Source of the DNA: a virus | Lineage: Duplodnaviria > Caudoviricetes | Virus record (IMG/VR): IMGVR_UViG_3300020152_000027 | Coordinates: 1 to 55,773 of that record | Strand: one strand, 5' to 3' | DNA length: 55,773 bases | Part shown: piece after piece, positions 47,640 to 55,773 of the stretch | Position numbering within the stretch: position 1 is the stretch's first letter | Layout: every line of letters starts with the position of its first letter | The notes under the pieces: generated by a model | What the model saw: the letters and a program-made list of their open reading frames with translations, nothing else | Told to the model about the DNA's origin: nothing | Databases searched by the model: none | Translations under genes and position numbers: made by a program

Positions 47640-48440
47640 ATGAAGACTATCGCCATCGCAAATCAGAAGGGCGGCGTAGGTAAAACGACTACCGCTGTTA
47701 ATCTTGCCGCTGCCCTACAGTCGCAAGGCCGGAGGGTGCTGGTGCTCGACCTAGACCCGCAGGCAACCGCCACCCGCTTCCTGCTCGACCGCTACGGGGC
47801 TGACGGGGAGACGATGTATGAAGTCCTCTTGAACAGTAAACCTCTCTCCGAAGTCATCCAGAAATCCCCCGCCGGTATCCCCATCGCGCCCAGCAACTTC
47901 AATCTGGCGTCGCTCGACCTCGACCTGAACAACGCCCTGAACCGCGAGCACCGCCTGACCGCCGCGCTGGAAGAGATTCCCGGCTACGACTACACGCTGA
48001 TTGACTGCCCGACGTTCTTAGGCTTCGCCAACATCAACGCCTTTGCCGCATCCCAAAGCGTGCTGATACCGATTGAATGCGCGCCGGAATCATGGGAAGC
48101 AGTTCCCTACTTGATGCAGACCTTACGCAAGATCATCACGCAGCTTAAACACCCGTTGAAGGTGTTCGCGCTGCCGACGTTCTTAGAGCGCACTAACATC
48201 GCCAGAGACATCCACGAAGAAATCAAAGAGCATTTTGAGGCGTACACCCTCAGTCCGATCAACAAGAACGTGAAACTGAAAGAGGCTTTCAACGCGAGAA
48301 AGCCGATCACTCAATACGACCCGGCGGCGTCGGGTGCTATGGACTACCTGAGAGCGGCTAAGGAGATCATTAGTGAACACGAAACCGAAAAGGAAATACG
48401 GCGAAGTAAAGAAGGGCGCGGAAACGACGCTCGGAACTAA
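47640..48440 (+). CDS. parA: ParA/Soj partition ATPase
   Basis: NQKGGVGKTT, DLDPQ, IDCP. Confidence 0.95.
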   Translation: MKTIAIANQKGGVGKTTTAVNLAAALQSQGRRVLVLDLDPQATATRFLLDRYGADGETMYEVLLNSKPLSEVIQKSPAGIPIAPSNFNLASLDLDLNNALNREHRLTAALEEIPGYDYTLIDCPTFLGFANINAFAASQSVLIPIECAPESWEAVPYLMQTLRKIITQLKHPLKVFALPTFLERTNIARDIHEEIKEHFEAYTLSPINKNVKLKEAFNARKPITQYDPAASGAMDYLRAAKEIISEHETEKEIRRSKEGRGNDARN

Positions 48441-49446
48441 TCAGTCGGTATTCGATAAGTTCCTGCCCTCCACAGATACGACCGTACCTAGCACCCCTCC
48501 TAGCCCCCGTCCTAGTACCCCTGCTAGGCAGCCTAGCCCCCGCGACGTAGCTCCGAACCGCGACTTTCAGAAGGTGGCGAACTCAATCACGCGAGATGCC
48601 ATCCCTTCGGGGATGTTCAACGGCAAGGCCAAGCAGTTGTATGACTGCCTCTACAGCCTGACGAGAGGCGCGATAGTTCCCTCCATGACCGTCCGTATCA
48701 GCCGCGCCGCCTTGATGAAGAAATCAGGCATCGGCGCAAAGGTCACGCTCGAACAGAATCTAAGACGCCTCGCGCTCTCCGGCCTCGTCTCCATTAAAAC
48801 CATCGGAGGCGTACAGGGCGGCAACGAGTACACAGTGAGATTGCCGGAAGAAGCCATACCTAGTACCCCTCCTAGTACGGGTACTAGCCTACCTAGCCCT
48901 CCTAGCAGTGGCGAGAATGTAGGAGTCCTAGCCCCCCTAGAAAGTAGCCCTCCTAGCCACGGTTTAAGTGCTGATTATCAAACAACTTCTGACGATCCCA
49001 AGACTCTTATTAAAGACAGAGAAAGAATTGATGATGAGGCTGCGCCGCTTCGAACGAAAGCCTTCGAAAAGTTCGAAGTTTTCACAAACGCAATAGAATC
49101 ACTAGATGTAGTTGTCAAAGAGCTAACAGGCAAGGGAATCAGTAAATCAGACGCTTCGAAGTGGTCTGAATTGTTCGAACTTCTCGCCACGGAACTCAAG
49201 ATCGCCGCTGCTCGCACAACCGTTTCCAGCGTGCCCGCATTTCTCACGGAACACTTGCGTAGAAGGCTCTTTAAACGCTCGGCAGACGAGATGCGAGTAG
49301 AGAGCAGGGAAGCGGTAAATTCGCCCGCTGCACAGCCCGTAGACGCAAGCAAATGCCTCGACTGTGGAAATACCGGCTGGTGGTATCCTGAAGGGCCGGA
49401 GAAGGGTGTGGCCCGCTGCGCGCACGCAAGGTTAGGGGCCGAATAA
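48373..49446 (+). CDS. Plasmid-type replication initiator (winged helix)
   Basis: FQKVANSI..KAKQLYDCLY..ISRAALMKKSGIG..L..SGLV..GNEYTV wHTH; internal CTAG repeat clusters; downstream of parA. Confidence 0.65.
   Translation: MNTKPKRKYGEVKKGAETTLGTNQSVFDKFLPSTDTTVPSTPPSPRPSTPARQPSPRDVAPNRDFQKVANSITRDAIPSGMFNGKAKQLYDCLYSLTRGAIVPSMTVRISRAALMKKSGIGAKVTLEQNLRRLALSGLVSIKTIGGVQGGNEYTVRLPEEAIPSTPPSTGTSLPSPPSSGENVGVLAPLESSPPSHGLSADYQTTSDDPKTLIKDRERIDDEAAPLRTKAFEKFEVFTNAIESLDVVVKELTGKGISKSDASKWSELFELLATELKIAAARTTVSSVPAFLTEHLRRRLFKRSADEMRVESREAVNSPAAQPVDASKCLDCGNTGWWYPEGPEKGVARCAHARLGAE
48485..48960 (+). repeat. Two clusters of CCTAG(C/T)-core repeats (48485-48540, 48857-48960): iterons or parS
   Basis: More than 10 CTAG-containing units such as CCTAGTACCCCT and CCTAGCCCT. 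Confidence 0.7.
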
Positions 49447-49508
49447 CGTGCGGTCCCGAAACCCCCTGTTTTAGCCGCTGGACCAAGTATAAATGTTGAA
49501 AGTGTGTG

Positions 49509-49537
49509 ATTTAACATTGGTCCCAAGTATTAGGACC
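49509..49537 (-). other. dif/cer-like XerCD site candidate
   Basis: Minus strand GGTCCTAATAC-TTGGGAC-CAATGTTAAAT vs E. coli dif GGTGCGCATAA-TGTATA-TTATGTTAAAT. Confidence 0.45.
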
Positions 49538-49658
49538 GCAAGGTGGCCATTTTAGCCCTCTAACGTGTCCCATTCTCTCTATTCACAACGTTTAATGCCG
49601 GGCCAGCGACTTCTCCCGCGCTTGAATCGCTGACAGGGAAGTGCACAACCTCAATCCA

Positions 49659-49775
49659 TGCTATACTTCTCTTTACAATCATCCCGTTAAGGCGGTTTAC
49701 GTCTGACGGCCACCGCAAGGTTGCGACCTGCGGATAACGGAAGCCCTTCGCTCAGGTGAGGGGCTTTCGGTTTAA
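49659..49775 (+). ncRNA. Candidate ~95-nt small RNA with own promoter and terminator
   Basis: TGCTATACT extended -10; CCGTTA/TAACGG stem; terminator AAGCCCTTCGC..GTGAGGGGCTT. Confidence 0.45.
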
Positions 49776-50015
49776 GTAGAGACGAAGGAAGGCCGCTGCA
49801 TGATCGTCGCTCGGAAGCATGTCAGCGGCAGCGATAACGCGGCACGCTTCGCCAATCTCTCGATGAAGCATAACGATCCGGTCGAAGAGATGCACCTTTG
49901 TTTTCTGCTGAGTTCTTCTGTCATAATCGTGTCGCAGGATTGACTCCTGTTCAGCGATTAATCTTTCCAGTATCGCCGTACACTCAGCCCGCAAACTCGC
50001 GCGCCCATCTCCCAT
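49752..50015 (-). CDS. Hypothetical protein, last gene of the leftward operon
   Basis: AGGAG RBS. Confidence 0.55.
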   Translation of the reverse strand: MGDGRASLRAECTAILERLIAEQESILRHDYDRRTQQKTKVHLFDRIVMLHREIGEACRVIAAADMLPSDDHAAAFLRLYLNRKPLT

Positions 50016-50030
50016 ATCTTCTCCTGCCTT

Positions 50031-50246
50031 TTACCCGACGAACTGATCCGGCAGAGTCCGCATCACTGCTAAGATCGCCTCTTCCGGTAACTCATAATCA
50101 TCTGCCAGCACCGTTACGCTCTCCCCGGCCTGAAAGCGTTCCGCAATCGCATCAATGACACGATGCCGGGCATCCCCGGCGCAGCACAGGGCGCACTCTC
50201 CAAGCAGAGGGAAGTAGCGATCAAGTTCATTGTTCGATTCACTCAT
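50031..50246 (-). CDS. DUF433-like protein
   Basis: IAERFQAGESVTVLADDYELPEEAILAV. Confidence 0.65.
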   Translation of the reverse strand: MSESNNELDRYFPLLGECALCCAGDARHRVIDAIAERFQAGESVTVLADDYELPEEAILAVMRTLPDQFVG

Positions 50247-50510
50247 CTTTTCCCCTGCCTTTCACCCTATCGTTGCCAGACTTTCTCCCCGAACTGCGCG
50301 TAGAACTCTTCCGGCGTCAACTCTTCGGCCTTCTCGCAGATCGGACAGAACCGACCGGGCTTATCCTTCACGCGCGCAGGGCGAAACGAATGAGGACAGG
50401 TGCGGCGGTCATACCAGAGACGGAGCGAGTCTAAGCGCGCTCGCCACGTGTTGAGCCATAGCTTGAATGTTCGTCTCATATCTTTCCTCTCACCAGATGC
50501 CGGGACGCGG

Positions 50511-50696
50511 CTAGGGCTTTTCAACCACCCGTTTGAGATATACCTTATTCTGCTCCCGCCAACCCTTACGCCACGCCCGCACTTGCTTGGAGTCGCTGTA
50601 AGGACATTTTCGGTAAGGTATGTTGTTCACACGCGCGTCCATACCTTGCATCTTAGCCAGCAGCACCTCCGTTCGCGTGATAGTGTTGTCGCCCAT
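50511..50696 (-). CDS. Rmf-like small protein
   Basis: QG..A..CPY..RAWRKGW motif. Confidence 0.5.
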   Translation of the reverse strand: MGDNTITRTEVLLAKMQGMDARVNNIPYRKCPYSDSKQVRAWRKGWREQNKVYLKRVVEKP

Positions 50697-51116
50697 CTTT
50701 TCTCTCCCTGCGTCCCGTTCCCCGGCGACGGCATACAATTCAGCGAAGGTTACACACCCTGTTTCACACCCGTTAATCCAAGTCTGACAGTGATTGGAGG
50801 CTGATATGTGCGCTTAGTTACAGTGTTTCCGATAATACCCCTTTGACGAACCTGCGATCTGCTACCTCAATAGGTCGAGCCGCATTAACTCGCGCCTTGC
50901 GACCTCTTGCGCTCGCATCACGGCGTACAGCTTGGCGTCCTCAATGTCGCCGTCGAATCGTTCCCGTAACAGCGTGACGTAATAGCCCGCGTTGGCGACC
51001 CGTACATTCCAACCGCCGCTTGCGGGCGTGAGTTGGATATTTATCAGGTCGGTTTTTAACAGGTGCTCCCCGTTCCCACCGTTGACCGACCATGCGATCT
51101 GTTTCTTGCCCATCGT

Positions 51117-51485
51117 CTACCCTCCCTCTCCTGTGTCGTGTACCGGCGGAAACTCGGCCAACAGCTTCAGGTAGATGTCTACATGGCATGGCTGGCTCAA
51201 AGGACACCAGCAGGCTAAGAACTCATAATCCCGCAGAGGTTCTAGCCAGTTCGGAGCGGTAGCCAGAATCTTGCGGCAGTAAGCCTCGAACGCCACCAAA
51301 CAGTTGTCCGCAGTCACCAGACCGTCATCGAGATACTGGCCGTAGTGCTTCAGGAAACTATCGCCTTCATCGAACCTATGCCCGACTACAAAGGGATTGC
51401 CGCGCACGCCCGGTCTGCCGACGTAGAGCGCACCTTCAGGCATCCGCCAACCTTTGACCCTTTGGCGTTGTATCCTTTTCGGCAT
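51117..51485 (-). CDS. DUF4326 domain protein
   Basis: PKRIQRQRVKGWRMPEGALYVGRP..GNPF..LACWCPL..CHVD. Confidence 0.85.
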   Translation of the reverse strand: MPKRIQRQRVKGWRMPEGALYVGRPGVRGNPFVVGHRFDEGDSFLKHYGQYLDDGLVTADNCLVAFEAYCRKILATAPNWLEPLRDYEFLACWCPLSQPCHVDIYLKLLAEFPPVHDTGEGG

Positions 51486-51486
51486 C

Positions 51487-52146
51487 TTACTTTTCCTCCA
51501 CGGCCTCAACTGAAGCGGCGGCAAATAAATCTTTCATGCGTTGGAACGTCTTAGGGGCTGCAAGACCGTTTGACCAATCCCAGCCGACTTCACCGATAAA
51601 CAACTCTTTAAGTTCATCCCAGTGGTCAATGATCGCAGCCCACTTCGGGGAGAGAGCGCGGATGCGGGGAAACGCATCTCTGACTTCCGGCACTTCGTCA
51701 ACCAGCAACAGGCATCTATTAAAGTCAGAGGGGTCGGATGGTGCGCTTGCATACCTCCGGCTCACACCTAGAGCGGTAAAGGCCATCGTCTCTGACGAAA
51801 CGCCGGGCTGACCTTGAGCGAGCCAGTCGAGAATCTTGTCTCGCTTCTCGACCTCTGCGACTAACCAATCAACGTCTTGAGGGGCGGACTCGATGAACTT
51901 GAAGTGCGGCGTCTCGTTTAAAGGCGTGCCGCCGATGTCCGTCGGGGAAGATGACAGGATGACTAGAAAATAGTTCACGACGCGCGCGATTCTATCGCCT
52001 ACGCCCCCGTCTCGATTGTCGGGGTCGCTTAACGCCCAGTGTCGAGTGCGCCCTGATAGGTAGTCACGCCCCCACTTCCAGCGTTTCAGCCCCAGCCCCA
52101 GCCCCGCCCGCCGCTCTTTAATCTCTGCTAATAGTTTGTTGTCCAT
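51487..52146 (-). CDS. Conserved phage hypothetical protein
   Basis: GVSSETMA..PSDPSDFNRCLLL motif. Confidence 0.6.
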   Translation of the reverse strand: MDNKLLAEIKERRAGLGLGLKRWKWGRDYLSGRTRHWALSDPDNRDGGVGDRIARVVNYFLVILSSSPTDIGGTPLNETPHFKFIESAPQDVDWLVAEVEKRDKILDWLAQGQPGVSSETMAFTALGVSRRYASAPSDPSDFNRCLLLVDEVPEVRDAFPRIRALSPKWAAIIDHWDELKELFIGEVGWDWSNGLAAPKTFQRMKDLFAAASVEAVEEK

Positions 52147-52160
52147 AGATATGCTTTCCT

Positions 52161-53021
52161 CTAACTGGAAGGGAACTCGTCCCATGTGCGACCCGAGCCT
52201 TTTACCTGTCGGCGGTATTTGACGTTGACATAATCTGTGGGTAGGTATTGCTGCAAATCTTCCTTGATGTAGTGATCGTTTCCGGTCTCTGCGAGCAGTT
52301 CGATAACCTGCTTGGTGAACGCCTTCCAGTCCGTGCGCTTCGTCAGCGTCGAGTAGTTGATACGCCCGATCTTGTACAGGTCAACGAAGGTGTGAGTCTG
52401 GCGGATGATTTCGAGCGTCACGTCAGGGTCAATCACAGGTTCAAGGCTGACCCATGTATACAGCCCGGCTTCGTGGAAACGTTTCAACGTCTCAATGCGG
52501 TCTGCCGGGGAAGCCGCGCCCGCCTCCATCCTCATTGATGTCGCTTCATCCAAGAGCGTCAGGCTTGAGGCGAAAGCATCGCGGTCAGGGCGAAACAGAT
52601 CGAGGTCGCGAAGCGCGCGGCTCCCGCCTTTGGTGAGCGTGCAGAAGGCCATCCCGTGCTGGATGAGTGTTTGAATCGTCTCGCGCGTCAAGGACGTGTC
52701 GAACGGGTGATACGGATCGGTGGTGAAACAGAGCAAGACCTGTTCGGTAATGCCGAGTGATTGGTATTTGCGTGCATCTTTTGGAAGTTGTTCGCGGTAG
52801 ATCGCCCGATCTTTCGCGCCTGCGTCGAACTCTGCGCGGCTCATCTTCAAGACGCTCGGAACATAGCAGTAAAAACACTTATGGCCGCACCCTCGGTACA
52901 TGTTGGTCGCAAGTCGCGCATACTCTCCGGCCTGACCAGCGGGCGCGTAGATAATCGAACAGTTTTTGACGGAGTACCCGTCAGCGTTGAGCGTTGGTTT
53001 CATTGCAATTTTATTTGGCAT
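52161..53021 (-). CDS. Radical SAM protein (spore photoproduct lyase-like)
   Basis: YRGCGHKCFYCY CxxxCxxC; TTDPY; LTK; WVSLEPVI. Confidence 0.85.
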   Translation of the reverse strand: MPNKIAMKPTLNADGYSVKNCSIIYAPAGQAGEYARLATNMYRGCGHKCFYCYVPSVLKMSRAEFDAGAKDRAIYREQLPKDARKYQSLGITEQVLLCFTTDPYHPFDTSLTRETIQTLIQHGMAFCTLTKGGSRALRDLDLFRPDRDAFASSLTLLDEATSMRMEAGAASPADRIETLKRFHEAGLYTWVSLEPVIDPDVTLEIIRQTHTFVDLYKIGRINYSTLTKRTDWKAFTKQVIELLAETGNDHYIKEDLQQYLPTDYVNVKYRRQVKGSGRTWDEFPSS

Positions 53022-53090
53022 GTGCGTTTTCCTTAAATTACTTTCCTCTGTCATAGGGAATTTAGGTTGATGAAATTGCACCCTCTTGAG

Positions 53091-53663
53091 CTACGTTTGC
53101 ATCCCCGCTAGACGCGCTACCTCAACCAGCCACTTAGCGAACTCAATCGGGGTATGCTCGCGCTCTGGCTTTGGAATCTCAGGCTTGTAGTTGCGCTTGA
53201 TGCCCTTCGCGTGGTTCTGTGTCAGCACATATTCCGGCTCTCCGATTCTGTAGGGGATGGCCGGTAGATTTTCCGGTTCAATCCCTACGACATAGAGCCA
53301 AGTCAACTTGTCCGCTTTATGCCCCCACCACCATTGAGAGACGACCAAAGTGAAGCCGCCGAAAGCATCCCGCTCGCCCGGCTTGGGCAATCCGGCCTCC
53401 GCCCACAGTTTCGAGCGTGAAGGATGCTCCAACACGCCGCCCCATGTTCGGACTTGCTCAACCGCCCACACTGCTAACTGCCGCTCGCTCTCTGGCCGGT
53501 TCGACAAGTGCGACATCTGCCCCCACGCCGCGCACGGGGGATGCGCCACGACGGAACACCCGCCCGGCCACCTGAGCGCATCCCGCTCCGCATCCCACAC
53601 GTCACAGCCGGGGAGCGTCTTGTAGATTGAATCGCGCCGTGCGAATAGAATTGCGACTGTCAT
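53091..53663 (-). CDS. Truncated/atypical C5 DNA-methyltransferase-like protein
   Basis: VVAHPPC, VLEHP (ENP-like), QWWWGH..K.TWLY, REHTP..FA. Confidence 0.65.
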   Translation of the reverse strand: MTVAILFARRDSIYKTLPGCDVWDAERDALRWPGGCSVVAHPPCAAWGQMSHLSNRPESERQLAVWAVEQVRTWGGVLEHPSRSKLWAEAGLPKPGERDAFGGFTLVVSQWWWGHKADKLTWLYVVGIEPENLPAIPYRIGEPEYVLTQNHAKGIKRNYKPEIPKPEREHTPIEFAKWLVEVARLAGMQT

Positions 53664-54494
53664 TACTTTTGCTTTCTCACCCTCTACGCCGATACCCGCC
53701 CCTCTCCCGCAGATAGCTAATGAGGGGCGGACAGATTCAGTTGACATATTCCCCTGCCATCTCAAGCATGATGTTGCGCCAGTTGATCAACATCCGCGCT
53801 CCGCAACGGGAGCAGAGTATTTCCGGCATGTCGGCCACAGCCGCATCGAAGGGGTGCAGCGGGCGTTCACCTTCGGGCAGTTCGATGATCTGTCCACATG
53901 GACGGCAACTAGCGCGATAGCCTTCCAGATATTCCGCTTCCTTGCTCATTCGTTTGTCGTCTAGTGAGAGCATCATTTGAAACTCTTTATTGATTCTCTC
54001 CCGTAGAGGCGGCAGCACGGTCAGCAAAAACATCTTTAACGACCTGCTCTACTCTTGCTTTAGCCAAGCCGCTCGCAATGAAAATCTCGCAAACATGCCG
54101 GCAGTAGCTCAGATCAAACTTTCGATTGACAAGCAACGTTTTGAGCCGGCTAGCTTGCCCGTCAGCGATTTCCTCTCCCGCTTGGGCGGCGCGGTCGCCT
54201 GAATATTTGCTCATTAAAGTTTCCTCTGTGTAGGGTCAAGATGGGCTATTGGGAAAACTCCAACCTGAACCGTATAGGCGACACCGATAGCTCGGCATCA
54301 AAGCGCGCGATGAATGTGCGCGCCTCTTGCGGTAGGCGAGCGACGCGCGTTGCGCTTCTCGCGGTTGGCTGAACCCCTGCATAGGTCTCTACGACATACA
54401 AAAGGTATCCTTGTGATACGGTTTCGGTTTCAGCCCCTTACCGCGATTCATCGGCTTCGAGGGATGGGGCATGGGAGAGCGGCGCAGCATGGCG

Positions 54495-55097
54495 TTAGTC
54501 CGTGTAGATGGTGACGATAGCTTTGTTTCCATCTATCCCAACGCCACCGCCGAAGTGGCCGGGATGCCCTTCGAGCGTCGGCACGCGACCATCTATCAGC
54601 ATCATCAACTCGCGGTCAGACGGCCACTCGCCATCATCCAAGACGACAACGGAGGTCTTGGTGGCGCGCGTGCTGCTTGCGCCCTTGATCGTCAACTTCG
54701 CGCCCTTCCATGAAATCCGTTTGCCGTACTGCGACCAGTTCGGAGGCAACTTGACCTTGCCCCATTCTTCGACCGGGATGTGATCGTAAGGCGGCAGGAG
54801 CAGTGCCTTGCCTTCCGCATCCGCTTCAACACGCATCACTGCTCCTTGCGGGTACACGTCGCGGCGAAACAAGCCCCACTGTGTTTGTTTAAGCGACACT
54901 GAATGCTTTTCGGACTCCTTGCGATAGGCGTATTCAGTCGGGTCATAAGGGAAGATGAACGTCTCACCTATCGCCAACTCGTCATATCTGATTTCTTCGC
55001 TCACGTCCGTTTCTCCTTTTAAGTGTCGCGCCCCTCGCTTTATGTAGTGACGTGCGCCGGGGATCATGGTCAATTCACCAATCGCCTTCGTCGGCAA
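54495..55097 (-). CDS. Hypothetical protein
   Basis: Long ORF in leftward operon; start may be the GTG at ~55004 after AAGGAG. Confidence 0.55.
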   Translation of the reverse strand: MPTKAIGELTMIPGARHYIKRGARHLKGETDVSEEIRYDELAIGETFIFPYDPTEYAYRKESEKHSVSLKQTQWGLFRRDVYPQGAVMRVEADAEGKALLLPPYDHIPVEEWGKVKLPPNWSQYGKRISWKGAKLTIKGASSTRATKTSVVVLDDGEWPSDRELMMLIDGRVPTLEGHPGHFGGGVGIDGNKAIVTIYTD

Positions 55098-55249
55098 CTT
55101 CTCTAAACTCAGGGCAGTTGCAATCTAGACGGCAGCATTTGTGCGGCTCTTTCTGACCGTGATTGCCCCACTTGTGGGCGCACGTCGCACACTTCTCAGA
55201 AGCGCGCCGCCCATTGATGATCGGGTCTCGTTTTGCCATTTCCTTCTCC

Positions 55250-55528
55250 TCACTCGCTAATCAATTCAGCGCAATCAAGACATCGTTCAGTGATCGCGTC
55301 GTAGCCCGTCCCGCGCACGTCTCCACCGGCACGCTCGACAACTACCGTTTGTTCATGGGCGCATTCTCTGAAACCGGGGCATTCGCAGATGCCGAGAGGT
55401 TCGTTAGACCAGCAGCTATCACCGTCGCTACTGTGTTCGCTTCTATCGTGGCCGCACTTGCACCTGCGTTCATCGAAGAGGTGAGGCATGGGAGTCCAGC
55501 GGGGTTTGGTTATGGTTGGTGCGCTCAT
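55250..55528 (-). CDS. Cys/His-rich hypothetical protein
   Basis: CKCGH..H..C..CECPGF; ATGA coupling. Confidence 0.55.
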   Translation of the reverse strand: MSAPTITKPRWTPMPHLFDERRCKCGHDRSEHSSDGDSCWSNEPLGICECPGFRECAHEQTVVVERAGGDVRGTGYDAITERCLDCAELISE

Positions 55529-55746
55529 GCTGCCTCGCTTTCCGCTGTGTATTCAGCTTCGCACCTGACACAGAGAGGAAAGCCTTTACCGACCTCAGCA
55601 TCGCGCTTGATGGAAGCGATCTGTTCAGGCGTCGGCTCGACGACATACGCGCCCGTCAGGTTTCCACACGGCGAGTAGTCCATGTGCGGAGATTGACCAT
55701 CTGCGCGTCTCCGCTTGATGTGGCAGTCGTTGATGGAATCTTTCAT
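55525..55746 (-). CDS. Hypothetical protein
   Basis: AGGAG RBS; coupled to the junction-spanning ORF. Confidence 0.55.
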   Translation of the reverse strand: MKDSINDCHIKRRRADGQSPHMDYSPCGNLTGAYVVEPTPEQIASIKRDAEVGKGFPLCVRCEAEYTAESEAA

Positions 55747-55773
55747 CTCGCTCTCCTGCTCCAGTGTCCGAAA

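Larger units (their letters stand above)
1..55773. mobile_element. Complete circular temperate siphovirus-like phage-plasmid genome
   Basis: Terminase, portal, capsid, tail tube, tape measure and tail tip genes; lambdoid immunity and replication modules; ParA+Rep; 8-nt terminal repeat GTCCGAAA whose collapse restores an ORF. Confidence 0.9.

Overview
The window looks like the complete, circular ~55.8 kb genome of a temperate siphovirus-type phage-plasmid. The first and last 8 nt are both GTCCGAAA, and collapsing them restores a reading frame across the junction. The layout is lambdoid. A leftward early operon runs from PL (~1900) across the junction to ~49750. The immunity region uses two Arc-like ribbon-helix-helix proteins and TAGA-box operators. 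The rightward early region carries a CII-like gene, an O-like initiator with iterons, a DnaC-like loader, a methyltransferase and nucleases. Lysis/packaging, head and GTA-like tail modules follow. A separate HTH-ParA-Rep plasmid replicon is present and no integrase was recognised. The most striking element lies directly after cII. It is a TPR + Fis-HTH regulator flanked by a secreted pro-peptide gene (core C-KD-GTIWTT-VYG-C) and by a second small gene made of about 9 variant G-hydrophobic-hydrophobic-x-T/P-x hexapeptides. A third gene in the late region carries two GVILPG copies. Together these suggest an arbitrium-like peptide communication system with multi-signal or decoy peptides. The host is tentatively Acidobacteriota (Blastocatellia), from recalled family resemblance only. 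All product calls come from reading motifs by eye; no database searches were run.
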